Source: Chloroflexi bacterium UBA4730
GTDB lineage: Bacteria > Chloroflexota > Limnocylindria > P2-11E
Direction: 5' to 3'
Assembly (NCBI GenBank): GCA_002404155.1
Contig: DHJC01000092.1
Coordinates: 10,636-74,635 of the forward strand
Length of the DNA stretch: 64,000 nucleotides
Below the pieces are notes generated by a model that did no database searches, was not told the origin of the DNA, and was given only the letters and a program-made list of their open reading frames with translations. Below, in pieces: positions 51,128 to 59,565 of the stretch. How positions within the stretch are numbered: the stretch's first letter is position 1; each line of letters begins with the position of its first letter. The position numbers and the translations under genes were made by a program.

Positions 51128-51238
51128 CTAGCGGTAGTTCGTCCACCACTTCTGAAGGAAGTAGAGCGTCGCGATCAGGATGATCGTCGTCACCGCGACC
51201 ATGTAGAACTCGTTGGCCTCGCCGATCTCTGTGATCAT
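51128..51238 (-). CDS. 36-aa single-TM protein at the end of the Rieske/cyt b operon
   Basis: MITEIGEANEFYMVAVTTIILIATLYFLQKWWTNYR. The ATG is preceded by TAGGAGAGAAGCG (the stop of the cytochrome c gene followed by a GGAGAG Shine-Dalgarno, 7-nt spacing). Not in the ORF track (too short). Confidence 0.5.
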   Translation of the reverse strand: MITEIGEANEFYMVAVTTIILIATLYFLQKWWTNYR

Positions 51239-51248
51239 CGCTTCTCTC

Positions 51249-52340
51249 CTACTTCAGGCTCTTCAGATAGGCGACGATGTCGGTGATGTTCTCCGGCGTC
51301 AGCTGACCGCCCTCGGCCTGCGCGAAGATCGGCATGATGATCCCGGGCTTCACCTTCGGCGCGTGCGACTCCCAGTCGATGAGCCACTGATCGCTCGAGC
51401 CGGCCGCGGCCTTCGCGGCCTTGTTCTCGGTGTTGAGCGGACCCGCGGAGCCGTAGGTGCCCAGGTTCGGCGCCTGCGGGACCGGCGAGGTCGTGCCCGT
51501 CGTGAAGCTGTGGCAGGTCGTGCAGTAGGTGAGCGTCAGCTGGTGGCCGCGCTCGACCGGATCGGTGCTCGTGACCACCGGCTTGGGCGGGTTGGGCACC
51601 TCGGAGAGCGCGAGCTCGCGACGGATCGTGACGATGTCGCCCCAGTCCGCGTCGGTCCCATGCTCGATGAACGCCATGAGCTGGCTGATCTGCTCGTCGT
51701 TCAGCGAACCGCCGTCGGCGGTGCCCCAGGCCGGCATCGAGATGCCGGGCGGCGGCTTCGGGCGGCCGCGGTGGATGGTGAGGTCGAGGAGCGACTCGGT
51801 GACGGCGAGCTTGGCCGGATCGGCCTTGATGGTGTCGTACTTGAAGTCGGGCTTGTTGAGCGGCAGGCCGACCCCGACGTCGCCCTTGCCGTCCTTGCCG
51901 TGGCAGTCGAAGCAGAAGTTCGCGTAGAGGTTCCGGCCCCGCGTGACGGCCGCGTCCTGCTGGTGCTGCGCGGCGACCTTGTCCCGCCACGTCTCGCTGC
52001 TCGCGTCGGCGCGCACGACGAGGAGCGTGAAGAGGTACGCGCCGACGAGCGCGAAGACGGCGAACAGCATGAAGCCGCCGAGCACGATCTTCTTGTCGAG
52101 GTTGCCGGCGATCTCGAGCGGGTCGGGCGAGCTTGGGATCGGCGCGACGTAGTACGGCGTCGGCTGCTCGATCGTCTCGCCGGCACCGTAGTGCTGGCGG
52201 ATGAGCTCGACGCCCTCGACCGGCTTCTGATCGGGCTCGACCACGTTCTGGTGGCGGATGACGAACGCGAAGAACCCGATCAGCCCGACGAAGAGGACGA
52301 TGCTGAGGCCGGCGAGGACGACGTTGATGTCGATCGTCAC
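51249..52340 (-). CDS. membrane-anchored diheme cytochrome c
   Basis: GTG 52340 overlaps the Rieske stop (GTGA). Two N-terminal TM helices. Two CxxCH motifs (CFDCH, CTTCH) with downstream Met ligand candidates (ISMPAW, IIMPIF). Confidence 0.88.
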   Translation of the reverse strand: MTIDINVVLAGLSIVLFVGLIGFFAFVIRHQNVVEPDQKPVEGVELIRQHYGAGETIEQPTPYYVAPIPSSPDPLEIAGNLDKKIVLGGFMLFAVFALVGAYLFTLLVVRADASSETWRDKVAAQHQQDAAVTRGRNLYANFCFDCHGKDGKGDVGVGLPLNKPDFKYDTIKADPAKLAVTESLLDLTIHRGRPKPPPGISMPAWGTADGGSLNDEQISQLMAFIEHGTDADWGDIVTIRRELALSEVPNPPKPVVTSTDPVERGHQLTLTYCTTCHSFTTGTTSPVPQAPNLGTYGSAGPLNTENKAAKAAAGSSDQWLIDWESHAPKVKPGIIMPIFAQAEGGQLTPENITDIVAYLKSLK

Positions 52341-52885
52341 GCCTTGATCTCCAGCACCGACGGGTCCCACTCGTTCTTCTGGCGGTCGATGACGTTGAGC
52401 GGGTTCGTGTCGACGATGAGCGTGCCGTTCTGCTCGGCGATGTGGAACAGCTGCAGCGGCTTCGGCGCCGGGCCGCCCTCCACGACCGCGGTCTTCTTGT
52501 TGTAGAGCGACCCGTGGCACGGGCAGTGGAACCGGTTCTCCGCCGCCACGTACGGCACGGTGCAACCGAGGTGGGTGCACTTGCGGTACGCCGCGATGAT
52601 CCCGCCCTCCGGGTGGAGGAGGAAGAACCGGCCCAGGGTGTTGAGGATCGGCACGTCCTGCGTCGACTGGAACTGGGCCATGAGCGAGGCGGTGGAGCCC
52701 ACCGGCACCTTCGCGCCGAGCCCGACGATCTTGTTCGGCTTCATGAACGGATAGATGAGCGCGCTCATCTCGCCGAGCGCGAGCAGGGTGCCGCCGAGGA
52801 AGCCGAGCCGCAGCAGCTGCCGGCGCTTGATGCGGCCGAGGATCCCGCTGCTGCTCGTCGTGACGTCGTCGTGCGGTCGGATCAC
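52337..52885 (-). CDS. Rieske [2Fe-2S] protein
   Basis: GTG 52885 overlaps the upstream stop (GTGA). Twin-Arg-like RIKRRQLLRLGFLGG, then CTHLGCTV...CPCHGSLY. Confidence 0.9.
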   Translation of the reverse strand: MIRPHDDVTTSSSGILGRIKRRQLLRLGFLGGTLLALGEMSALIYPFMKPNKIVGLGAKVPVGSTASLMAQFQSTQDVPILNTLGRFFLLHPEGGIIAAYRKCTHLGCTVPYVAAENRFHCPCHGSLYNKKTAVVEGGPAPKPLQLFHIAEQNGTLIVDTNPLNVIDRQKNEWDPSVLEIKA

Positions 52886-53664
52886 GGGGCGAAGCACTGG
52901 TGCGTCGAGGGCAAGGCCCACGGCGCGTACATATCCATACCTGGACCGCGCATGGAGGTGCCGACGATGGTCAGCACGAGGTACACGCACACGAAGCCCG
53001 TCCAGACGGCGATCATCCATTCGCGGGTGTTGCCGTGGAAGATGATCTTCACCAGGAGCACGAGCGCGGCGGACAGCACGATCATCGTCGTGATCGGGAT
53101 GATGTAGTCAGGGAAGAGCTGCTTCCCGCCGGGGAAGTTGTCGCTCGCGAACTGGATGTAGCCGTGGTCCTTGAGCAGCTTGTCCAGGAGGATGAGCGAG
53201 AACGTGAGCGCCGTCGCGTACGCGGCGGCGAAGTACGCGATCCGCTTCCCGTTCGGCGAGGTGAAGTAGATCCCGACGCCCTCACGCGACCGGTCGATGT
53301 ACGGGATCGCCATCATGAACACGATCCAGACGGTCGGCACGATGACACCGGCCAGGCCTTTGTCCATGTGCAGCAGCAGCTCCTGCAGGTTGAGCAGGTA
53401 CCACGGCGCTTTCGACGGGTTCGGCGTGCAGTCCGGCGTGCTGTGGTCCTGGAGCGGCGCGTTGAACGCGGCGGAGATGATGAACAGGCCGATGAACCAG
53501 AGCATCGCCGCGATGAACTCGATGACCAGCAGGTGCGGCCAGACCATCGCGGTGTCCTCGACGCGCTTGTCCACCCGCACGACCGAGTCCTGGCGGACGA
53601 ACGCGAGGAGCCGGAGGCGCTTCTCCTGGCCGGAGAAGGGCTGTGGGCCGCGCGGTGTCGTCAT
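52882..53664 (-). CDS. cytochrome b C-terminal domain protein (b6f subunit IV-like, extended)
   Basis: 260 aa. PNPSKAPWYLLNLQELL (PEWY-like Qo motif) and additional TM helices. Confidence 0.85.
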   Translation of the reverse strand: MTTPRGPQPFSGQEKRLRLLAFVRQDSVVRVDKRVEDTAMVWPHLLVIEFIAAMLWFIGLFIISAAFNAPLQDHSTPDCTPNPSKAPWYLLNLQELLLHMDKGLAGVIVPTVWIVFMMAIPYIDRSREGVGIYFTSPNGKRIAYFAAAYATALTFSLILLDKLLKDHGYIQFASDNFPGGKQLFPDYIIPITTMIVLSAALVLLVKIIFHGNTREWMIAVWTGFVCVYLVLTIVGTSMRGPGMDMYAPWALPSTHQCFAP

Positions 53665-53667
53665 CTA

Positions 53668-54399
53668 CTACAGCGGTCCGGAGATGCCGCCGTCTTTGCG
53701 GATCCGCCAGAAGTGGATGGCAATGAGGAACCCGGTCGCCAGCGGCAACGCGACGACGTGGAGCACGTAGAACCGCAGCAGCGCGTTCGCGCCGAGCTGG
53801 AAGCCACCGAAGAGCACGAAGGCGAATTCGTTGCCGACGAACGGGGCGGCCTGCGCGATGTTGTACCCGACGGTCACCGCCCAGAACGCGAGCTGGTCCC
53901 ACGGGAGCAGATAGCCGGTGTAGCTCAGAACGAGCGTGAGCACGAAGAGGAGCGTGCCGACCACCCAGTTGAACTCCCGCGGCGGCTTGTACGAGCCGGT
54001 GTAGAAGACCCGGACCATGTGCAGGAACACGGTGATGACCATGCCGTGCCCGGCCCAGCGGTGCATGTTGCGGAGGATCTGGCCGAACACGACGACGGTC
54101 TCCAGGTCCTTGATGTCCGCGTAGGCGAGATCGGTGGTCGGGCGGTAGTAGAACATCAGCAGCGTCCCGGTGAGGGTCAGCACGAGGAACAGGAAGAACG
54201 AGAGCCCACCCATGCACCACGTGTACGGGATCGCGAGCGCGTGGCGGCGCACCTTGACCGGGTGCAGGTGCAGGAACACGTTCGTGAAGACCGCGAGCGA
54301 CTGGTTCTTGCGCGAGTCGGGGTAGCCGTGGCGGAAGAGCGACTTCCAGAGGGGGCCGCTCTTGACCCGGCGCCACATTTCGGCCGGCAGCTCGAGCAT
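53668..54399 (-). CDS. cytochrome b6-like protein (N-terminal four-helix heme-binding domain of cytochrome b)
   Basis: 243 aa. [23 protein letters not shown] and [22 protein letters not shown] supply the four heme-ligand His. The ATG directly abuts the TAG of the upstream flavoprotein (TAGATG). Confidence 0.92.
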   Translation of the reverse strand: MLELPAEMWRRVKSGPLWKSLFRHGYPDSRKNQSLAVFTNVFLHLHPVKVRRHALAIPYTWCMGGLSFFLFLVLTLTGTLLMFYYRPTTDLAYADIKDLETVVVFGQILRNMHRWAGHGMVITVFLHMVRVFYTGSYKPPREFNWVVGTLLFVLTLVLSYTGYLLPWDQLAFWAVTVGYNIAQAAPFVGNEFAFVLFGGFQLGANALLRFYVLHVVALPLATGFLIAIHFWRIRKDGGISGPL

Positions 54400-56421
54400 C
54401 TAGTGGGTGTGCGCTGCTTCAGATGATTCCACAGCAGTGCCCTTTCCGTTGGTGTGGGGATGCCCGTTGCCGTTGCCGTTGAGCTGCTTGTAGCCGGACG
54501 CGACGACGGGATCGTACATGGGAAGCGGCCGGATCGATTTGCGGCCTCCGACGGTGAGGTCGAGGTGGATCTCGTCGTCGATGGATTCTTTGGGCAGGAC
54601 CCGCCCGACCGAGGGCGTCACGGCGCCGTAGCGGTTCATCGTGATCGCGTCGGTGGGGCAGCGGATGACGCAGAGCGCACAGCGGATGCAGGCGGTCTCA
54701 TCGAGGAAGAACGCGACGCCCTGCTCCCACTTCTTGGCCTCGGCCACGCCGGGGATGGAGCCGTCGTCGACGATGTCGGCCATGTCGACGAGGTGGATGA
54801 CGTCCATCGGGCAGACGTCGACGCAGCCACCGCAGATGATGCAGAGCTCGCCGATGATCTCGATGTTGAAGTTGCACTTCAGGCAGCGATCGGACTCCGC
54901 GACGGCCTGCGCGGTCTCGTAGCCGCGGTTCACCTCGAGGAACAGACCGCGCCGCTCACCCTTCGTGAGCTTCGGCATCTCCTGCCGGGGGATCCGGTCG
55001 TAGTCGACGGACATGTTGTGGTAGATCCGCGCGAGCGGGCCTTCGCCGGCGATCTGGCCCATGTTGTCCGGCGTGCTCGAGCGGCGGAGCGTCACGATCT
55101 CGTGGTACTCCGGGACGTCGACGGACGCGGCGATCGGATCGAGGTACCGCGCGATTTGCTGCGCGGCGGAACGTCCCTCGGCGACAGCCTCGATGATCGT
55201 CGTCGGGCCGGTGCGGTAGTCGCCAGCGATGAAGATGGACTCGACCTCGGTCTGGAACGTCTCCGGATCGACCTTCACGTCGCGCCAGCGCTTCACCCGG
55301 AACTGCTCGAAGTCGGCCATGAACGTGCGATCGGGCGCCTGACCGAGCGCCAGAAGCACGGTCTCGCACGGGATCTCGAACTCGGAGCCCTCGATGGGCT
55401 CGGGCGCGCGCCGGCCGCTCGCGTCCGGATTGCCGAGGCGGTTCCGGACGAACTTCACGCCGCGAACGTGGCCGCTCGCGTCGGCGAGGACCTCGACCGG
55501 CGACGCGAGGTACACGAACTCCATTCCCTCGCGTGCCGTCTCGCCGAGCTCCTCTTCGTCCACGACCATCTCGTCGCGGCTCCGTCGATAGACGACGTAG
55601 ACGTCCTCGGCGCCCAGGCGCCATGAGGTCGACGAGCAGTCCATCGCGGTGTAGCCACCGCCGAGGACCACGACCCGCTTCCCCACTTCCACGGGGCGGC
55701 CGCGGTACGCGCGCTCGAGGAACACGATCCCGGCCATGACGCCCTGGCTGTCCTCACCGGGGATCCCGATGTAGGTCGGCTCGAAGCAGCCGGCGGTCAC
55801 GAGGACCGCGTCGAAGCGCTCGTGCAGCTCGCGCATCGTGATGTCGCGGCCGACGTAGGTGGACATCTTCAGCTCGACGTTCTCGTTCACGATGCCGGCG
55901 ACGTCGCGGTCGATGACCTCGCGCGGCAGGCGGAACGGCGGCACGCCAGCGAGCGTCGTGCCGCCAGCCTGGTCCAGCGCGTCGTACACGGTGACGCCGA
56001 AGCCGAGCTTCGCGAGATCGCTCGCCGCGGAGAGGCCGGAGCAGCCGGCGCCGACGACCGCGACCTTCTTCGCGGGTGGCCCATAGATGGGCGGGGCGGG
56101 CTGGCGGTACGCCTTCCCGTCCACCGTGACGTTCTCGTGGGTCCAGTCGGACAGGAACTTCTTGACGTAGCGGATCGAGAGCGGCTTGTCGACCTCTTTA
56201 CGGCGACAGGCCGTCTCGCACGGGGCCGCGCAGACGCTGCCGCAGATGCTCGCCATGGGGTTCGGGTCGAGGGCGAGCTCCCAGGCTTTCTCGAATTCCC
56301 CGGCTGCCGCGAGGTTCAGATAGCCCCGGCAGTTCGTCTTCACCGGGCAGGCTTCCTGGCAGGGGATGTTGTCCTGATACCAGGCGGGCCCGACCTCGAC
56401 CACCTGGTACAGCTCTCTCAC
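54400..56421 (-). CDS. GltD/NfnB/SudA-like NAD(P)H-dependent FAD Fe-S oxidoreductase fused to a C-terminal 2x[4Fe-4S] ferredoxin domain
   Basis: 673 aa. N-terminal Cys clusters (CQEACPVKTNC, ICGSVCAAPCETAC), VAVVGAGCSGLSAA (FAD), VVVLGGGYTAMDC (NADPH). C-terminal CIICGGCVDVCP and CIRCALCVIRCP. His/Gly/Asn-rich tail. Confidence 0.85.
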   Translation of the reverse strand: MRELYQVVEVGPAWYQDNIPCQEACPVKTNCRGYLNLAAAGEFEKAWELALDPNPMASICGSVCAAPCETACRRKEVDKPLSIRYVKKFLSDWTHENVTVDGKAYRQPAPPIYGPPAKKVAVVGAGCSGLSAASDLAKLGFGVTVYDALDQAGGTTLAGVPPFRLPREVIDRDVAGIVNENVELKMSTYVGRDITMRELHERFDAVLVTAGCFEPTYIGIPGEDSQGVMAGIVFLERAYRGRPVEVGKRVVVLGGGYTAMDCSSTSWRLGAEDVYVVYRRSRDEMVVDEEELGETAREGMEFVYLASPVEVLADASGHVRGVKFVRNRLGNPDASGRRAPEPIEGSEFEIPCETVLLALGQAPDRTFMADFEQFRVKRWRDVKVDPETFQTEVESIFIAGDYRTGPTTIIEAVAEGRSAAQQIARYLDPIAASVDVPEYHEIVTLRRSSTPDNMGQIAGEGPLARIYHNMSVDYDRIPRQEMPKLTKGERRGLFLEVNRGYETAQAVAESDRCLKCNFNIEIIGELCIICGGCVDVCPMDVIHLVDMADIVDDGSIPGVAEAKKWEQGVAFFLDETACIRCALCVIRCPTDAITMNRYGAVTPSVGRVLPKESIDDEIHLDLTVGGRKSIRPLPMYDPVVASGYKQLNGNGNGHPHTNGKGTAVESSEAAHTH

Positions 56422-56430
56422 GCCATAGTC

Positions 56431-56931
56431 ATGCTACGGATGCGTAGTGGAGTGTCAAAAGACGGGTCGATCATCGAGCGCAAGACGCGCTTCGATGGCT
56501 CGGTGCAGGAATTCGCGTGCCGAGCCCTCCTGGTCGAGCCGGGGAAGCGGGCGGTCATCCGCTACGACCTCGATCGCGACTGGCACGTCGGCGGGATGGT
56601 CCTCCCGAAGGGCGGCTACACCGCCGGACACTTCTGGATCGACCGGCCGTACAACGTCTACCACTGGCTCGAGAACGGGAAGACCCTCGCGTACTACTTC
56701 AACGTCGGACTGGTCGATGACATCACCGACGCGCAGGTAGCCTGGCGCGATCTCATCATCGACGTGCTGGTGAAGCCGGACGGGGCCATCGACATCCTCG
56801 ACGAGGATGAGGTCCCTGCGGATCTCGCGCCCGAGCACCGCGGCACGATCGCGCGGGCGCTCGAGCAGATCGTGACGAACCCGAAGCGGCTGGTGAGCGA
56901 GATCGAGCGCGAGACCCGCGACCTCCTTTAG
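56431..56931 (+). CDS. DUF402-domain protein (FomD/nucleoside-diphosphatase-like fold)
   Basis: In-frame part of ORF 55822..56931; the upstream part is the antisense shadow of the flavoprotein. WHVGGMVLPKGGYTAGHFWIDRPYNVYHW...YYFNVGLV...WRDLIIDVLV is DUF402-like. Start (56431, 56440 or 56452) uncertain. Confidence 0.65.
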   Translation: MLRMRSGVSKDGSIIERKTRFDGSVQEFACRALLVEPGKRAVIRYDLDRDWHVGGMVLPKGGYTAGHFWIDRPYNVYHWLENGKTLAYYFNVGLVDDITDAQVAWRDLIIDVLVKPDGAIDILDEDEVPADLAPEHRGTIARALEQIVTNPKRLVSEIERETRDLL

Positions 56932-56940
56932 CGTTCGGCC

Positions 56941-57549
56941 ATGTCCTCCTTCCTTACCGGTCTCATCGCCGGCTTCGCCATCGCGATGCCGCCGGGCGCG
57001 GTGACGTCGCTCATCGTGCGCATCGGGCTGCAGCGCGGGTTCCCGTCCGCGCTCGCCGCGGGCTGGGGCACCGCGACGGTCGACGGCGTCTACTGCGTCG
57101 TCGCGGTGCTCGCCGGCGCGGCGCTCGTCCCGCTCCTCGGCGCGATCGACCCGCTGCTCCGCGTCGCCACCGGCGTCGTCCTCATCGGCCTCGGGGTACG
57201 CGGGATGCTGAGCGCGCGAGGCGAGCCGACGAGTGCGGGCGCGCCGGACGCGCGCGATCTGGTCGCGACCTATGTGCGGTTCATCGCCATCACGATGGTG
57301 AACCCCGCGACCCTCGCCTACTTCCTCGCGATCGCGCTCGGCTTCGCCGGCGCGGTGCTGAACGACGCCCGCGCCTTCATCGTCGGCGTCTTCGCCGCGT
57401 CGCTGACGTGGCACGCGATCCTCGCGGTCCTCAGCGGCTCGCTGCACGGACGGCTGAGCCCCAACACGCGCACCGTGCTCACGATCGTGGCGAACGGCGT
57501 GGTGATCGCGCTCGGGATCCGGATCCTCGCCCAGGTGGTCGCGGGCTAG
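56941..57549 (+). CDS. LysE/RhtB-family amino-acid exporter
   Basis: 202 aa. N-terminal FLTGLIAGFAIAMPPGAVTSLIV. Six hydrophobic helices. Confidence 0.82.
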   Translation: MSSFLTGLIAGFAIAMPPGAVTSLIVRIGLQRGFPSALAAGWGTATVDGVYCVVAVLAGAALVPLLGAIDPLLRVATGVVLIGLGVRGMLSARGEPTSAGAPDARDLVATYVRFIAITMVNPATLAYFLAIALGFAGAVLNDARAFIVGVFAASLTWHAILAVLSGSLHGRLSPNTRTVLTIVANGVVIALGIRILAQVVAG

Positions 57550-57566
57550 GCGCGTATCGTCCGGCG

Positions 57567-57752
57567 ATGCGCGACCTGGCCCTCGCCGGTGTGGTGCTTG
57601 CGGTGTCGTGTAGCGCCGCAACGTCGTCGTCGGCGGCCTCCCCGTCCGCGGCGGTCGCCCGGACGATAGCGCTCACGTTCTCGGGCGGTCTCACTGGCGT
57701 GATGACCGAGGTCAACGTTCCCAGCCGGCCGAGCGAGGGCAGCCCGGTCTGA
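57567..57752 (+). CDS. 61-aa lipoprotein-like fragment, probably truncated at the edge of the accessory region
   Basis: MRDLALAGVVLAVSCSAATSS... (lipobox LAVSC). The ORF ends just before the AT-rich palindrome at 57759. Confidence 0.35.
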   Translation: MRDLALAGVVLAVSCSAATSSSAASPSAAVARTIALTFSGGLTGVMTEVNVPSRPSEGSPV

Positions 57753-57758
57753 GCGAGC

Positions 57759-57829
57759 CATTCAATATGTCATTTGAATGCCCGGAACCCCGGGCGGGTC
57801 GGTTATCCGGCCTCCGGGGTCGGTTATCC
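57759..57829. repeat. cluster of an AT-rich 7-bp inverted repeat, a GC hairpin and two 13-bp direct repeats
   Basis: cattcaa-N8-ttgaatg (57759-57780); gcccgg aacc ccgggc (57780-57795); gggtcggttatcc at 57796-57808 and 57817-57829 (21-bp period). Confidence 0.9.
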
Positions 57830-58396
57830 CCCCAGTTTGGGCGCTTTCGGCGCTCTCGCTCTCGCGGGTCAGATTGATCGGCCAGCCATAGAGCTCGCTG
57901 TTGTCGCTGCTCGCCGGCGTCACTCCGCGGAACGCAGCGGATCCACGAACCGCAGCATGGGCGGACGTGGACGAGCTCCCACGCGGGGGTCGGGCCGATG
58001 CCCTTGAGCGCAAGGTCGCCGAGCGGTCGCAGCTCCGCGTGTCGTTCGGGGCCCGCGCCAGGGTGGCCACGGTGCGGCCTTCCTCGGCGCCCGAGCGGCC
58101 GGCGGCGACCGCGCGGTCCTGCTGGACCATCGCCAAGGCCAGGTGCTCGGCCAGTGCACCCCCGAGGGGCTCGGCCCGGTAGCGCTCGAAGCGCTCGCGC
58201 TCGTTCTCGAGCACCGGCACGGGGTAGCGCGAGAACCGGCCGCTGCTGAAGTGGGGGCTGCGGGGCAAACGTCATAACCAACATTGTCCGAATGGGCATG
58301 TACGGTCGGCCATACCGAAAAGGGCTCGTTTTCCCGGCCGAGGCTACGGCCTTTTAAGCGCTAGGCGCGCGAGACGCCGGTACCGAGACTCGACTG

Positions 58397-58741
58397 GTGG
58401 ATACCTGGCATGCGGGCGAGCTCGAGCGCGCCGGTTATCGCGTCCGGGTGGAAATCATCGCCGGTGATGAGCCGGCGTGTGTGGCGTTCATCGAGGAGTG
58501 GCCGAGCTTCGCGCTGATTGGCTCGTCGGTCCTCGAAGTTCTGTCGCGGCTCGACATGGCGATGACGGGCTGGTCGAGCATGCAGCTCGCGGCCGGTCGG
58601 ACCGTCCCGCCACCGCGGCGCCCAAAGGTGCTCCCGCCACGCCGGTCGACCTTCAGCACCGGACCGAACGAGGGATGGGATCCGGAGCCCCACGCCGCAC
58701 GGGACACCGAGACACAAGAAGGCCGCGACCCGCGACGCTAA
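58397..58741 (+). CDS. HicB-like antitoxin N-terminal domain protein, possibly a remnant
   Basis: YRVRVEIIAGDEPACVAFIEEWPSFALIGSSVLEVLSRLDMAMTGWSSMQLAAGRTVPPP fits the HicB N-terminal fold pattern. The C-terminal 40 aa are low complexity. No HicA partner recognised. Confidence 0.35.
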   Translation: MDTWHAGELERAGYRVRVEIIAGDEPACVAFIEEWPSFALIGSSVLEVLSRLDMAMTGWSSMQLAAGRTVPPPRRPKVLPPRRSTFSTGPNEGWDPEPHAARDTETQEGRDPRR

Positions 58742-58787
58742 GGGAACAGACGCCCTGCTCCGACCCATCGGACGACGTTCGCCCTAG

Positions 58788-58961
58788 TCGCCGACCAGAT
58801 GTGATCCCGAGCGTCTCATGAGCCTCACCGACCGCCTCGGCGGCAAGCGGCCGGCCCTCTCGGTCGCCCGCAAGCTCATCCGCCGCTGCTATCACACACT
58901 GCGCGAGTTGGGCGAGGACGCCTGGTCGACCACTGGCACCACCCTCCAGCAGGCGGCCTGA
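58788..58961 (+). pseudogene. C-terminal fragment of a second, different IS110-family transposase
   Basis: ...DPERLMSLTDRLGGKRPALSVARKLIRRCYHTLRELGEDAW... matches the conserved extreme C-terminus (GK-x-ALVAVARKL-x-x-x-Y-x-L) of IS110 transposases. An in-frame TAG lies at 58785 and no upstream catalytic domain is present. Confidence 0.6.
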
Positions 58962-59565
58962 TCATGGGGACTGCTGCGCGCTCGCGCCCCGATCAACTGA
59001 TGTTCGCGGCCGGCTCCGCCGATTCCCTTGTCGCCGCCGCTTACGGCGGACGTCCCGGAAAGAATGAGCGGCCGCAACACACCACGGGGTTCGCCCCAAT
59101 CGATCATCACGTGGCCGGGCCATCACGATCTGGCTCGTGCACCCAGATAAGGCTGGGCGCCGCCGTGCAGCCGTCCCGAGCGATGGGCCTCTCGCTCACG
59201 GAGGAACCGACCATGACGTGACCGCCTGAGCTGGGTCGACCGCGCCATGGCCTTCGTCGCGCGCCTCGCTGCGGGCGCTCTACCTTGACGCGCCTCCGGT
59301 TCGACGCGTGTGCGCATTGCCGACCCAGCCATCATCCACAACAAGCGGACCCTCACTTGACAGGGGTCCGATCACAGATAAGGGAAGGATCGGCTGTGCC
59401 AGACGCCATCGTCCCGGAACAGGCGAGCGTGCCGTGGACTTCTCCGTGACGATGAAGGCATCGACGGCGAAGAAGATCGCACCGGCCAAAAACGCCTGCG
59501 TGCTCACGTCGCACGGACTCTGATTGACGGGACGTACTATCCCGGCCGATGCGGCGGCGCACGGC

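Noticed and set aside
57762-58268. 168-aa ORF on the - strand as an intact gene
   Set aside because: Its N-terminal third is protein-like (PVLENERERFERYRAEPLGGALAEHLALAMVQQ...). The rest is low complexity and reads straight through the direct and inverted repeats at 57759-57829. Protein-like stretches switch frame. It is probably a decayed gene of unknown family.
57753-59520. tRNA gene or attachment site flanking the decayed island
   Set aside because: I found no tRNA-like T-arm/acceptor pattern (GGTTCGA-type) or cloverleaf-length structure in or next to the island, or anywhere else in the window.
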